Positions 1 through 13,372 of a DNA stretch of 64,000 bases are shown here, in pieces (positions within the stretch are counted from its first letter, which is position 1; each line of letters opens with the position of its first letter). The position numbers were made by a program, and so were the translations under genes. Source of the DNA: Eledone cirrhosa (lineage: Eukaryota). The notes beneath the pieces are model-generated. The model saw only the letters and a program-made list of their open reading frames with translations, made no database searches and was not told the origin of the DNA. Location: the NCBI GenBank assembly GCA_964016885.1, contig OZ024740.1, positions 310,496,001-310,560,000 on the forward strand. Reading direction: 5' to 3'.

Positions 1-104
1 ATATATATATATGTATGTATATATATATATATATGTATACATATATATATGTATATATGTATATATATGTATATATATGTATATATATATATATATATAC
101 AATC

Positions 105-158
<54 letters not shown>

Positions 159-285
159 ATACTCATACATATATATAACGTTATATATATATACATATAT
201 ATATATACATACATATATATATACATATATATATAAGGTTATATATATATATATACATTTATATGTGTGTGTGTGTGTGTGTATA
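1..285. repeat. (TA)n/(TG)n microsatellite
   Basis: Nearly pure TA dinucleotide run with a TG tail; the YI-rich ORFs here are artefacts. Confidence 0.97.
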
Positions 286-715
286 TACAATTTTGTTACT
301 TTTTTTGCAAATTAGCATTTGAATGGTTACGTAGATCGTAAATTTAGATAAATAAAAATTAACGTTTGAGTTGTTACGTGACCACAGTTTTACTAAACTA
401 AAATGCAGTGTATACCCTACAATTTTCCAATGTTATAAACTTATTTCTTTTCTGAAAACTTCTATTTTCATCTTATATAGTTCATGAAATAATGAGTAAT
501 GAACTTACAACTATAGAACAATATTTAACATGAATCATAAATTAAATTACGTATACCACATTCGTTCTTAATTTGTCTATTTCGTGTGAGTTAATTAGAT
601 TATAATATTTATAAACATAATTTGATAAATCTTAAAACTAACTGCCTATTTGGAATGCTAAATATATGTACGTAATTCATGACACTTGATTAAATGTAAT
701 TATATATATATTATA

Positions 716-1098
716 TAAGTATGTACACGTACATACATATATGTATACATATATACATACATGCACATATATATATATGTACGTATGGATTCCCCGAACA
801 TTTATTATAATGCTCGGTATGTTTGTAAACAAACATCCCGTAATAAGCCGTAGTCTCTAGCAACCATCGTTGCTCGTTTGTTCAACACTGACAAAAGAAC
901 ACTGTACTAGTTTCAAGCTTATAATAAATGTTCGGTGAATCCATACGTACATATATATATATGTGTGCATGTATGAATATATATATACATACTACTATAC
1001 GTCCGTATACATATATGTATGTACGTGTACATACTTATATTTAACTAACAGCCGTACTAGGAGTGGGAAATGAAATTGTGTTTCATCTTTTCCGTTTA
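716..1098. mobile_element. Fold-back copy of HHR retroelement family A
   Basis: 716-810 is the reverse complement of 921-1040. Homologous to 12854-13372. The minus arm carries the HHR 3' half (AGCTT GAAAC TA GTA CAGTGT) at about 895-920. TA-flanked. Confidence 0.8.
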
Positions 1099-1109
1099 TA
1101 TATATCATA

Positions 1110-1179
<70 letters not shown>

Positions 1180-1182
<3 letters not shown>

Positions 1183-2018
1183 AATAAGGACGCTGCGGAG
1201 TTGCAAATGGGTTACATATGAAAAAAGTTTGTCCTTCATCAGTGGTCTTCCAACCACCATAGGCATTTCATCGCTTTAAAGACCATATACCTCCGGTTGG
1301 CGCGAGCAACGGCTAAAAGAAGTCGTTGGGACACGTAAATAAAAGGGACGCGAGGGTAAACAAACAAAATGGTGAAGCAACAGAAAGTGATGAAGAAAGA
1401 GACAAGTCCCAGGTTTCTATGAATTTAAATTCGGTGAAATCGTGAACGAGAGAATAAAGACCATCAAACCTGGTTGAAATGTGAGCAAGGAAGGAATTTC
1501 GCACAGGTCTAACGGGGGGAAGAAGGGGTCTGATCTGAGAATTCGGTAAACATAAGTTCTGTGAAATCGTAGACGAGAGAGAGAGAGAGAGAAAAAAAAT
1601 TCATACCAGCTTGGCCATGAGTGCGCGAGAAAAGAATTACACACAGGTCAAACGGGAAGAAAGAGGAGGAGGAGAGGTAGTGACAGAGAATGAGTGAGTG
1701 AAGGGTGAGGAAGAGGCTAACAGAGAGAGAGACTGCTAGAAAGAGTAAAGATACATAGAACGAAATAGACGGGTAGCAGCAGAGGAGAAAATATGTGTAA
1801 ATATGATAATAAGGACGCTGCGGAGTTGCAAATGGGTTACATATGAAAAAAGTTTGTCCTTCATCAGTGGTCTTCCAATCATCATAGGCATTTCATCGCT
1901 TTAAAGACCATATACCTCCGGTTGGTGCGAGCAACGGCTAAAAAAAGTCGTTGGGCCACGTAAATAAAGGGGATGCGAAGGTAAACAAACAAAATGGTGA
2001 AGCAACAGAAAGTGATGT
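1180..2018. mobile_element. TA-inserted element with about 215-bp direct repeats (625-bp period), pLTR/retrozyme-like
   Basis: GATAATAAGGACGCTGCGG...GAAAGTGATG at 1180 and 1805; (TA)n on both sides; CTGATGA on the minus strand in each repeat. Confidence 0.65.
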
Positions 2019-2090
<72 letters not shown>

Positions 2091-2225
2091 GTAATTTGAG
2101 TTTTTCAAATATCAATAAAAATATTCGATTCGTTTGCAATTATGCACACAGCTTCATTTAAGCCCTGTCAGTAGAATGAGGCCCTCGTTCTGGCTCTTGT
2201 GTTAAATATTATTAAATATTATTAT

Positions 2226-2420
2226 GGGCGGCGGATTGGCAGTATCGGTAGAGGGTCGGACGCCATGCTTTCCAGCATAGTTACGTCCCTTTACGATCTA
2301 AGTTCAAATCCCGCCGAGGTTGACTTTGCCTTTCATCCTTACGGGGTCGATAAAATAAAGTACCAGTAATGCACTGGGATAATTGCTGGCCTTGTGCCTA
2401 AAGTAGAAACAATTATTATT
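2226..2420 (+). mobile_element. tRNA-derived SINE (dominant family)
   Basis: A-box-like TGGCAGTATCGG, B-box GTTCAAATCCC, core GACTTTGCCTTTCATCCTTACGGGGTCGATAAAATAAAGTACCAG, (ATT)n tail; many copies in the window. Confidence 0.9.
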
Positions 2421-2743
2421 GCTATTCGAAAAACTCAGATTACATTTATTGTATTCAGCCATGTAGAGAGCGATACCCATTTTTTCAGTTATATATATAT
2501 ATATATACTACATATATCTACATATATACATATATATATATATACATATATATGTATTTTAATTATGTCTCATAAAAGTATAATTGGGATTATACTAAGG
2601 TATATCCTAATGTTTGTTGAGTGAGACGGAAGCTGGTTGGAGTATTGCTTAAAGCTTTCTCTGTTAATGTATTAAATATATATATATATATATATATATA
2701 TACACTACATATATATACACTACATATATATACATAAATATAT

Positions 2744-2796
<53 letters not shown>

Positions 2797-3772
2797 CATA
2801 CATATATGTCTGTATGAATATATGTAGGCAGGTAGGCATAATATACATATATATATAGATATATATATACCTGCCTACATATATACATACCTGCTGGCTG
2901 CGCTTTGAATTGCCATAACATGATCCGTTGCTCACCCATGGGGGGCACCAATATGATTTTTGTTATCCCTGCCAAGTACTTACATCCATTTTTGCATATG
3001 TTATAGCGATAAACGTTATTCACAGTTTGGTTTCCTGTTTTGGATTGCTGAGTTTTCAAAGACGTTGGATTCCAGCGATCGAGGCACAATATTTTGCATA
3101 CTCCTGAGAGAAAGATATGGCAGAAACCATAATCGACAATATTTTAAACATAGTTTCTGTGATGACGTCCAAGACCTGCCTTACTGAGGCAAACCCGGTC
3201 ACACTCAATGCCCACAAAGTCATTTTGAGCAAAAGAAGATTGTGAAGTTAAGTAATTAGGTAAAACATTGTACTGTAGTTTAATGTCTAAAGACGAATCT
3301 AATTTAATATTCTAAGGAAAGTTTTAGATATTTTATGCCTATAAGTACATCATTGTATAGATATATCTGGCCCACTCTCTTTACAACTTGAAATTGTTTT
3401 GGGTAGGCGCTTATATTGCTAACTAGATGAAAGGAAAAGTAACTATTGTTGTAGAAGTAAGAATGTTGCAGGAGAATAACAAAGGTACATCTGATATTAC
3501 TGATCACATTTTGAGAGGTAATTTTAAAAAGGATGTGTGTTCATACAGTAGAAAAATTATTACAGTTGACTGGTATTGTCTTTTTTTCAATAAGAATAAT
3601 AAGAAGCGTAACTTTATAAATTCATCCTTACCTCGTTGCAATGAAGGTTTTAACCTTGGTTACAATTACCCCTTCTTACATTCCTAATATATACTTAGAC
3701 TTTTGTAAAAATTTTATCTGCCATTTGAAATAAATTTTCTCCCGTGCATCTCATCCGGTTATGTAGACAAAC

Positions 3773-3823
<51 letters not shown>

Positions 3824-4014
3824 AATATATATGTGTGTATGGGTGTGTGTGCGTGTGTGTGCGTTTCGCGCGCGCGTATGTGTGATGATTTCCTTCAAAT
3901 GAAACAGTTCTAGTCCTGTAGAAGCCATTTCTATATTAAATGTGTTGTATACACTACACTAACGTATAGAGTACCTTACTGTGATTACCCCCATTTGAAC
4001 CCGGGACTCACACG

Positions 4015-4094
<80 letters not shown>

Positions 4095-4324
4095 GACACA
4101 CCCACACACCCACACACACATATATATATATATATGTTTACATTCCAACGCAAGTGCAAGAATGAGGGGCTCATTCTACTGACATGGCTTAAAAGAGTGT
4201 GTTTGCATAATTGCAAACGAATAGATTATTATTATTAATATTCGAAAAACTTATTTGTTGTATTCAGCAATGTAGAGCGATAACCTTTTGTTAGTTATTA
4301 TATATATATATTTATATATATATA

Positions 4325-4526
4325 TATCCAGGGAGTGTAATATGGAGTTACTGTAGGTATACCCGGGTGAGAACTCGATGTTTAGGTTCACTTCAGTGTC
4401 GAGGTGTAGAGCTATACAGAGTGTATTATAGATCGATACAGATCGAACCTTGAGCTGGTCAGTGGCGAAACGCGCGTCAATAACCAATAAACGTAATGAG
4501 TAACCAATCGTCCTTGTTATCTTATT

Positions 4527-4532
<6 letters not shown>
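4325..4532 (+). mobile_element. TA-flanked PLE 3'-end remnant with HHR 3' half
   Basis: GAAAC GCGC GTC (palindromic stem III plus GUC site) at 4467-4478; island between TA runs. Confidence 0.5.
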
Positions 4533-4573
<41 letters not shown>

Positions 4574-4997
4574 AAATGATGACATCTTGGAAATAATACA
4601 TAGTTCTTTCCATCGTTTTTGGTGGTTACATCTACTCAAAATGTTCAAGAGTTATGATTTACTAGTGGTTGGTTTCAAAGCACACATATAAATTCTGCAG
4701 GGCACCTGCATGGCTTCTGGGTAATATTCTAGGATATTTAATTTACTATATGACAAGCATCTATTTTATCAATCCCAGTAGAATTTTTAATATAGACAAT
4801 AATATTGATCAATATAGACAACCTGATATATTTGTTTATTTTTTATTCCGAGACTACTGTTCTTTTTCAATCTCTATTGTCGTCCTCTAATCTCGGTATA
4901 TAACTCTTTGATTAATAGAGTTAAATATTTTTCTGTTTTTCTTTGCATCAGTATCAAGTGGTATATAGAGAATTATATATTCTTAGATACCATAGAT

Positions 4998-5272
4998 GAG
5001 TAACGCACTGGGGTCGATTTAATCGAATTACCCCTCTCCTAAAGATTGTTCGCTTTTCGCCTCTATCACAAACTATTATTACCGTTATTTGGCAGTATCG
5101 GTAGAGGGTCGGACGCCATGCTTAGACACATAGAGTTACGGTTCTTGCCATTCTGAGTTCAAATCCCGCCGACGTTAACTTTGCCTTTCATCCTTACGGG
5201 GTCGATAAAATAAAATACCAGCAATGCACTGGTTAATTGCTGGCCTTGTGCCAAAAGTAGAAACAATTATTA
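4998..5272 (+). mobile_element. SINE: 3' fragment followed by a near-full copy
   Basis: Same SINE motifs; near-full copy at 5089-5272. Confidence 0.88.
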
Positions 5273-7074
5273 TCATTTTTGTTGTTATTGATGATTATGA
5301 TGTTCTTGCTGTTGAGCTCCTAGAAACGAAGTACACATTGTTCATCGTTTCTTTACCTGTTTCTAAAACATTTTCGTTTGAACATTATATATTGTTTGGC
5401 AGCATCAGCAACACAAATAACAGCAATACAACAAATCTGCATGAGACACATACAAGGGTAAATTCCCGCTTTTATAAACTGTTACACCTTCGTTACATTT
5501 CCAAGAAAAACAAACACAACAAAACAAATCATCACTAACACGAACACTGTCACAACCACCAACACCATCACCACAACCACCACTTCCACTGCTACAACAA
5601 AAAACGTAAGAGAACTAGACATTAAAATAATAGTAACGCAAGCAACAACGGCAACACACACGGCAACTTCCATAACAACAATAACAACAGTTAAATCAAT
5701 TACAAGACATTTGCAGTAACGGCAGCCACATTAATAATTAACATAGACTTAACAGACAAAGATACTTGTTCCACATGAATTGTCAAACTTCGGCCGATGT
5801 ATCAGTCCCGCCTGATATTTTGGCAGCAACCGCCAAGAGAACTTTGAACACCGATGTATTTCGGCAACAACCATACAGCTAGAGGCAGCATCCCTTTGGA
5901 GAGTGTGAAAGAGCTTTCAAGGACATGTTGCCGGACATCACGTACATTGCAAAATCCAGGCAGTTTAAGTCAATTGGTTAAACATTATCGCCAAATAATC
6001 TGGATATAGAATATACCCAGTGTATTTGGGGAGATTGGCCGTGAAAGTCAACATTTCGCGAATCCTGCTAATGTTATATATCAGGTGGATGCTGGCCGCC
6101 TCGGTCCTGGAGGGCAGTGACATCCTCCTCGGGTGACAACATCAGATAGGATAACATTGGTCTGGAATCAGCGTGGAGGTGCTCTTACGCATCACATTAT
6201 GATGAAATAGCTACAATTGGAGTGGAGTTGTATATGTTGGTTGAGGCTCATTGCCAACTGTCTGGGGAAATAGTTCAGCTGAGAGCTCTCCGCTCTCAAC
6301 AGAAGATAGTGAACTACATGAAGTCGATACCACCTACATCAGAGCCCAACAGCCCCAACACCAACGGCGTGCAAAAATAATGCCACCACCAGCTCCAGGG
6401 GCAGCAGCAACTTCAAAAGCGGGGATAGAGAAACCACTAACAGCAAAAATAAAACGGCAACAACAATAACAACAACAGCAACGGCAAGAGAAATAGCAAC
6501 AGCTGCAGCAAGAAGAGCGACAACGTCAACAACAGCAACCACGGCAACAACAACAAAAGCAACTTAACATGAAAAACATATATGACAAAATTCACCATCA
6601 ACACAACCAAAACATATATATATATATATTCATTAATGAAATGAACACAGCAAAAAAAACACTACCGCAAATATTAACACCGCCACTACCACCACCAACT
6701 CCACCTCCACAACAACAATTACCTAATGTAACAGAAACAACAAAAATAACAGCAACATAGACAATAATTACAGCACACATGGCAACAACAATAACAGCAG
6801 CATGAATAAGAATAGAAGAATAGCAACAACAACATCATTAACAAAAATAACGATAACAATACATTTGCTGCAAACATTTGACATAAGCAGCCAAACCAAT
6901 AAATATATTAAAAGTATTGGCCGATGTGAGCACTCCCCCTCTCACCGGAAATGTTGGCAGCAACGAAAGAAAGAATAACCTAATATATTTCCACAAAGAC
7001 GAGATTGCTGGAGCCAGCCACACGGGCCGAAATGGAAAGAGCACCGAATGGCATAATTCCCGACATAGACCAAA

Positions 7075-7320
7075 TTGCAAGTGCCAAACAGCATTCGGAT
7101 TTTTCAGTGCTTTTTAAGGGTGAATCTATTCCCTTCATATTTAGAAAGTGATACCCTCGTGGAAAAAATAGACAGGAGAGAAGACTTAATATGCATTTCT
7201 AGCGGGATGGATCTGCCTGGTGTCGTTAATGGCAAAAAGCCACGTTGCCATGTATGTGGCGAAATGGACCTCTTGAAAGCTTTTTACCCCCAACGAAAGA
7301 CGGGGAGCTACCGTAACCTA
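7075..7320 (+). pseudogene. Decayed LINE ORF1-like zinc-knuckle fragment (Tx1/L1-like)
   Basis: VVNGKKPRCHVCGEMDLLKAFYP resembles a degraded G-x-P-x-x-C-x2-CG-x3-H-x4-CP knuckle. Confidence 0.4.
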
Positions 7321-7536
7321 TTGCTGCCACAACACGAACCCAACAACAAAAACAAGGACTACGCCAGCAGCGGACAGCAGAGTGGTGGCATCAGAGAGAG
7401 ATGGAGACGATGACAGTGGGAGTTCGGCTGTTCTTTCATATTTACTTAGGTTACTATTTTCTATGAGATCTCTGTATTGTTATGTTGTCTCATCGGTACC
7501 AACAAACAACATTATACAATATAATTTATTAACACA

Positions 7537-7730
7537 AGGGCGGTTGATTTGCAGTATCGGTAGAGGGTCGGACGCCATGCTTTGCAGCATAGAGTTACGG
7601 CACTTTATGATCTGAGTTCAAATCCCGCCGAGGTTAACTTTGCCTTTCATCCTTACGGGGTCGATAAAATGAAGTACCAGTAATATACTGGGTATTGCTG
7701 GCCTTGTGCCAAAAGTAGAAACAATTATTT
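7537..7730 (+). mobile_element. tRNA-derived SINE
   Basis: Full-length copy of the dominant family. Confidence 0.9.
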
Positions 7731-7899
7731 ATTAACACAAGTAGCAACAGATAAATCAAGAGCGGCAAGCTCACCAACAATAACACCACAGACAACAGTA
7801 TCAGAAGAATCAGCACCACCAGATCCAACAAAACCACTAAAATCTGCAAAATAACAACCAACACCACTATCAAAAGCAACTGCAAGAAACTTTAAAATA

Positions 7900-8860
7900 T
7901 CCAACTTTTCAAAATAATGAATACGTTACTTGTAAAAGGTTCTCAATATATAAAAAATCATTTTTTTAATCGTATTTACTATATAGAGAGAGAGGAAGTG
8001 GGAGAAGAATTAGGAAGTAGTGGAACAAACCGGGAAGAAGGGAGGGGTAAAGATGGAAGGATTCCTCAATCAGTTTTGATTCGTAGACTTGATGTTGTCA
8101 ATTTACAGTGTAGGAAGTTAAAGAGAATTAAATCGTTTATAGTGAGAGGGAGAGAGAGAGGGTAGAGAGAGAGGGGAGAGAGAGAGACAGAGAGATAAAT
8201 ATATATATATAAAAAAGAGGGAAGAGAACAAAAAAAGAGAGAGAAGAAAAGAAGAAAACGAAAAAAGACAAAAGGAATGAGGGAGGAGAGAGTGACATAA
8301 GTATTGGTTACTGTGGGTAATTAAAGGGGTTAGATTCAAAAATAGGGTAGAAAGTCTAAGTATATGCAGTTTGTCAGGTGGTAGTAGGAGGTTAAGGGTT
8401 CGATTTTCTCTTGTAGTGCGAACATTTTTCTTTAAGTCTTTGGTTGCAATAAATTGATCTTTCGATTTTATTGTTGAGTAACTTATTCTTCGAACTCAAA
8501 ATGTGAAACAATTCAAGGTCACATAAACGACGGCTTCTCACATCACTCCGATATGCAGGCGCGTTCGATAGTTTCTTCCACTTCAGGGTGTATTGATGGT
8601 TACTTTCCCTCAGTTGCCAGGTCTTGTTCGCAAGGGTAGTTACATAACGATGCGGGTGGATGTTTCATTGCGTAACGATGTGTATACCAACGAGCTTTAA
8701 ATGTATTCCCAGTCACTCCGATGTAATACCATTTCTGGTTGTCTGATTCCACTGTGCATTGGTAAACCAGGTTAGACTGCATACATTCATTATGCAATGG
8801 ACAGGTTTCAGGTAGGTGGCAGTTACAATTCTTGTAATTCGAATCCCCACTCTCCCTAAT
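7900..8860 (-). mobile_element. PLE 3' fragment (GIY-YIG domain plus pyrimidine-rich 3' UTR)
   Basis: CNCHLPETCPLHNECMQSNLVYQCTV...YIGVTGNTFKARWYTH, then a frameshifted C-terminus (W..LSNAPAY...LC..E...LLN). Confidence 0.8.
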
Positions 8861-8879
8861 TAAATCCGTTCCAGCAGCA

Positions 8880-10343
8880 TATCCCTAGGATCTCCCGCCT
8901 CTCGTCTAACCGACAAATCTTCGAGGAATACGCGGATTACTAGAATACCGCACTAGATAAGGCAGGCCACCTAGATAGAGTAGAATATATAGATGAAAGC
9001 CTCCGAAAATCACACACAAATAGGTATAACACAAATTCCAGAAATACACGCACACACGCATTTACGCATAGAACTACCAATTATACTGAAAATAGAAATA
9101 CAACATCAAAATCAAACAGGTCTCGCAATAGAAAATCTATTTGGTATAACCCCATATTTAACACCTCTATTGGTACCAACATACCCTCTACCTTCTTTAG
9201 AATAATAAATAAGCACTTTCCAGATTCACATAAATACAGCAGAATCCTTAAAACTAAATCTATCAGACTATCTTACTCCACCGCACCAAATAATAGAGGC
9301 ACACATTAAGATGCTTAACGCTAAAAAGATACGTAACAACACCGGAGCACAAACTTATAACATTAACAATACAACTACACTTTCGGGCCACATATGGGAC
9401 CTTCAAGATAACAACATAACATACAATCTTACTTGGAGCTTACTGTCCAGGGCTAACTCCTACACGGGAGGACGTCGTCCGTGTAACTTATGCTCGAAGG
9501 AAACAATACAAATGCTGTTTACGAAGGACCAACTCCTAAACAAAAAAGACGAACTTGTAACTGCATGTAAACACCGATTGCATAGGACTTACATCGCCCT
9601 CAAACCGTCTCATGACCCGGATGGGTGAACATGGCTGCAGCATCCTTCTTTTCCCTACATGCCGAACAAGATAGAGGAAAACCCAGCTTACATAGGTAGA
9701 TGTACTTCTTTTCTTTTTCCCTTTAACTCTTCTTTTCACTTCCTTCCACCCCCTTTTCCCTTTCCTCTTTCGCCTACCCTGAGGCAGCCCGTCGGGCTTT
9801 TGTAGCCTTATAACCCCCCCCCCCCAGTAAATTCAATATAGCATTGGCCGAAAACGCACACCAGCTAAAAATATAGCAGCTGCTTTAGACTCTAGAGATT
9901 TTAATTATTTGTTACTATTTAATTTTTTTATTATTTTTTATTTTATTTTATTTTAATCTCAATCTATTAACCATTTAATTTTACAGCTGTATAGAATTCA
10001 CTTTCAACGCTCGACCGGGTCCACCCACTCCTTCATTGTTCTACAGGCAAGTTCAGCCACCCCCACCTCCTATCTACCACCATGAAAGGCTTAATTGTGT
10101 TTACAAGAAATGTTGACCAATCCTTTTGAAAACTACAAACTTCCCATATAAGGAATTAAACCTTGAAAAGTTCGGCTATTTATTACCACGCTACAAATTC
10201 TAATTTAGTCCAGAAATAGCCGTCGAAACGGCTTGAGCTCTGCCGTCGGTGTTAAACATGTTCCTATTACCCACTCTACTACCCTAAGTATTGAGTACTC
10301 TGGTGCGTTATGGTCCATCTGGTTCCTTACCACACTTCCTTCG

Positions 10344-10345
<2 letters not shown>
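8880..10345 (+). mobile_element. PLE 3' portion (Naiad-like, inferred) with terminal pLTR and HHR (family B)
   Basis: IYWYNPIF, LSGHIWDLQDNNITYNLTWSLLSRANSY...CNLC..E...LLNKKDELVTACKH; HHR variant at 10156-10255; ends in (TA)n. Confidence 0.85.
10156..10255 (+). ncRNA. Type I hammerhead-like ribozyme, variant core TTGAAAA
   Basis: Stem I TTAAACC/GGTGTTAA; core TTGAAAA 10163-69; stem II CGGCTATTT/AAATAGCCG; GAAAC 10225; stem III ACGGC/GCCGT; GUC site 10245-47. Confidence 0.65.
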
Positions 10346-10407
<62 letters not shown>

Positions 10408-10603
10408 GTATATCTGTTTGACCCGTAATAGGAGATCGAATCTTCGCTGTGTGGATAATCAGTTTACCCACCATCTCAGTGTGTTTGGCCTTTAACGTAA
10501 GTTGTAAGCTCTAATTCTTTTGAATTATTGAGCACTTGCCTCACAATTCGAAAGTGGTTTTTCGTTATTTCATATGCTGAAATTCGATTCTCGCTAATTT
10601 TTA

Positions 10604-11071
10604 CTTATATATAAAATTAAGTATGTGTGTGTGGCTGTGTATCTGTGTGTCTGTGTATTACCTATAGGGGCCTACATCTTACAACCGATTTTCATAAAAC
10701 TTTACAGGCTCATAGATTAGTCATAGCGGAGTTTTTTCTATATATCAGCGTATCGTCTTTTTATTCCGGGGTCATTCTGCAGATAAAAATCGATAGGGGA
10801 TTCACCATTTTTTAGGTATCGAAAAATAAGATTTTTGGCTCTAGCTCCCACATCTTTCAACCAATTTCGTTCAAATTCGAAACTCCCTCCCCCAGCATGC
10901 CCCTTCTTCAATGAACCGCGTTTCTCAGTGATAGATGTCATCACTACCCTCCCCCGCATGGGTTGTGTGTGGCCATAGATGAGTCATCGAGAAGCAGTCG
11001 CTAAGATCAACACCTTTTCATCAAAGCAAATATTATTTTACCTACACAGGCAACGCTGGGTACTGCTGCTA

Positions 11072-11073
<2 letters not shown>
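10604..11073 (+). mobile_element. Non-autonomous Helitron-like element
   Basis: 5' CTTATATATAAAA plus GT-rich tract and ACCGATTTTCATAAAACTTT; 3' hairpin CAGGCAACGCTGGG followed by CTAG|T. Confidence 0.7.
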
Positions 11074-11136
<63 letters not shown>

Positions 11137-11410
11137 CGTACACTGTTAGAGTGGTTGGTCTACATTATTAATATTTGAAGCGACCATTATGTAACGTGGA
11201 AATAGAATAGCCAAGTATATGATGTCTATTTTTATGGGTAATGTATTTCAGTAAATATTCCGTGATGAGTGCCAAGCATAATATTGATAATTACATTACC
11301 ATCTATACACAAACGCCCGCATATATTCATACACCTACTCAAATACACACAGATACATAAAAATACCAACAAGAATATGCACACAGAAGTGCGTGTATGT
11401 CTTTCTATGT

Positions 11411-11470
<60 letters not shown>

Positions 11471-11708
11471 CTCTAAGTGCGGGTCTATGTCTGTGTTAAT
11501 TTACATCTACTTGATCATAGTCGATAATAGAATTATCAGTATTATGCTTGTTAATCATATATACATGTATACTTAAACACACTCACACAAGTATATATAA
11601 TGTATATATATATATACAGTATATATGTGTGTGTATGTGTGTGTGAGTGTGTGTGTGTGTGTCTGTCTGTATATATATATATCTGTATATACGTATATAA
11701 TCTATGTG

Positions 11709-11781
<73 letters not shown>

Positions 11782-12419
11782 GTGCGTGGGGGGGGGGGGA
11801 TTTGTGGGTGTCTATATAGATAAGAGATTGCGGCAGTTTGCTTGAAGCATTATGGAATATGAAATGATTTGGAAGCTACTATAATGCAGACAGTGTTGAA
11901 TATATTGAGGGAGCAAAATCGAATGAGGAGGGATGTGAGATTGAGTACAAAGAAGGGACAGAAAAAAAGCGAGAGAACAGATTATCTTACCCGATATATT
12001 TCGATTCTATCCAATTCAATTCTATCCAATTTCAAGATGTCTGGTTAGAATCTTAGAGACTACCAGAACAGACCTCTGGCTGGCTTGTGTTGAAATTATA
12101 ACTTAACAAAGTAAACATTAAATCATTCTGTGTTAAATCACTGGAAGGTTTTGACATGATCTAATTCTAAACGAAACCGCAAACTATGATGGTATATTAA
12201 TATATTTCAATACTGTACTTTGGTTATTTATAAATACATTAAGTGTAAAGAATGCTAGTAGCATATGTTTTAAAGCACTTTGGTCGTATTCAATGCTTTA
12301 AATATCACAAATAACGACAGTGTTAGAGTCTAACGCGTGGACCAGGAAAACTATTGGTGTTTAGTTAATATTATTCACTGGCCCAGAAGGCAAGTGGGTA
12401 ATACAGCTGGGAATATCCC

Positions 12420-12800
12420 TCGTTCTCTCCTTCGAAATATGTTCTTCCCTCTATGTGCTGGACGTATGCTTCAATGACTGGATACATCGTTTCATGTCAG
12501 CTGTCAGAGTCCAATTCTCACACACATACAAAGGGATCGAAGGCACCAATAACTTGTATAGCTTAAGCTTCGTTGGAAAAGTGATGGAGTTGCTTTTCCA
12601 TATGGTATTCAGCATTACGATGGCAGAAACTTGTCAGCATCTCCTATAGAGATTTACAGTCTTTGTTCAGAATGGATCCTAGGTACTTGAATGTGTTCAC
12701 TTCTTCAAGTCTTCTATCGTCAGCATGATCATGGTTGCTATATTCTGATAATTACTAGTAACCAGAATCTTGCTCTTTTCTTAGCTGATTTGTATTATGC
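12420..12800 (-). mobile_element. RTE-type LINE RT fragment
   Basis: Minus-strand translation LNTIWKSNSITFPTKLKLYKLLVPSIPLYVCENWTLT, preceded by FKYLG. Confidence 0.75.
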
Positions 12801-12853
12801 ATGCTCCTAATATACATACACACACACACACACACACAAACATAACATATATA

Positions 12854-13372
12854 TACGTACATATATAAATGTGTGCATGTATGTATATATATATATACAT
12901 ACTACTGTACGTCTGTATACATATATGTATGTACGTGTACATACTTATATTTAAGTAACAGCCGTACTAAGAGTGGGAAATGAAATTTCGTTTCATTTTC
13001 TCCGTTTATCGTTTTCGATGCACCCGGCCGATTAACCCACTCGATATGCAAATTGGGCTACTCAGCCGTTAATATGCATAAGGTAAGTATATACGTTCAA
13101 CAATCTGGCAGGAAGGTATACGTTGCTGATGATAGCTAATAAGCTTGAAACTAGTACAGCGTTCCTTTGTCAGTGTTGAACAAACGAACAATGATGGTTG
13201 CTGGACACTACGGCTTAATACGGGATGTTTGTTTACGAACACACCGAGCATTATAATAAATGTTCGGTGAATCCATACGTACATATATATATGTGTGCAT
13301 GTATGTATATATATATATATATATACTACTGTACGTCTGTATACATATATGTATGTACGTGTACATACTTAT
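12854..13372 (+). mobile_element. Retrozyme-like non-coding element, family A (about 422-nt period)
   Basis: TACGTACATAT...CATACTTAT repeats at 12854 and 13276; one HHR per unit; no ORF; ends in (TA)n. Confidence 0.78.
13120..13162 (+). ncRNA. Minimal type I hammerhead ribozyme
   Basis: ACGTTG-CTGATGA-T AGCT AATA AGCT T-GAAAC TA GTA-CAGCGT; palindromic stem III. Confidence 0.85.

Larger units (their letters stand above)
5400..7885 (+). repeat. (CAA/CAG)-rich low-complexity region with embedded decayed sequence
   Basis: Degenerate CAA repeats at about 5400-5750, 6340-6860 and 7735-7885 flank unique segments. Confidence 0.7.

Noticed and set aside
2226-2310. tRNA gene
   Set aside because: A/B boxes belong to SINE heads; no complete cloverleaf.
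2891-3240. 213-nt minus-strand exon with good splice sites
   Set aside because: The open frame is unrecognisable and adjacent sequence encodes CDRVCLSKAGLGRH, typical of RTE LINE 3' ends.
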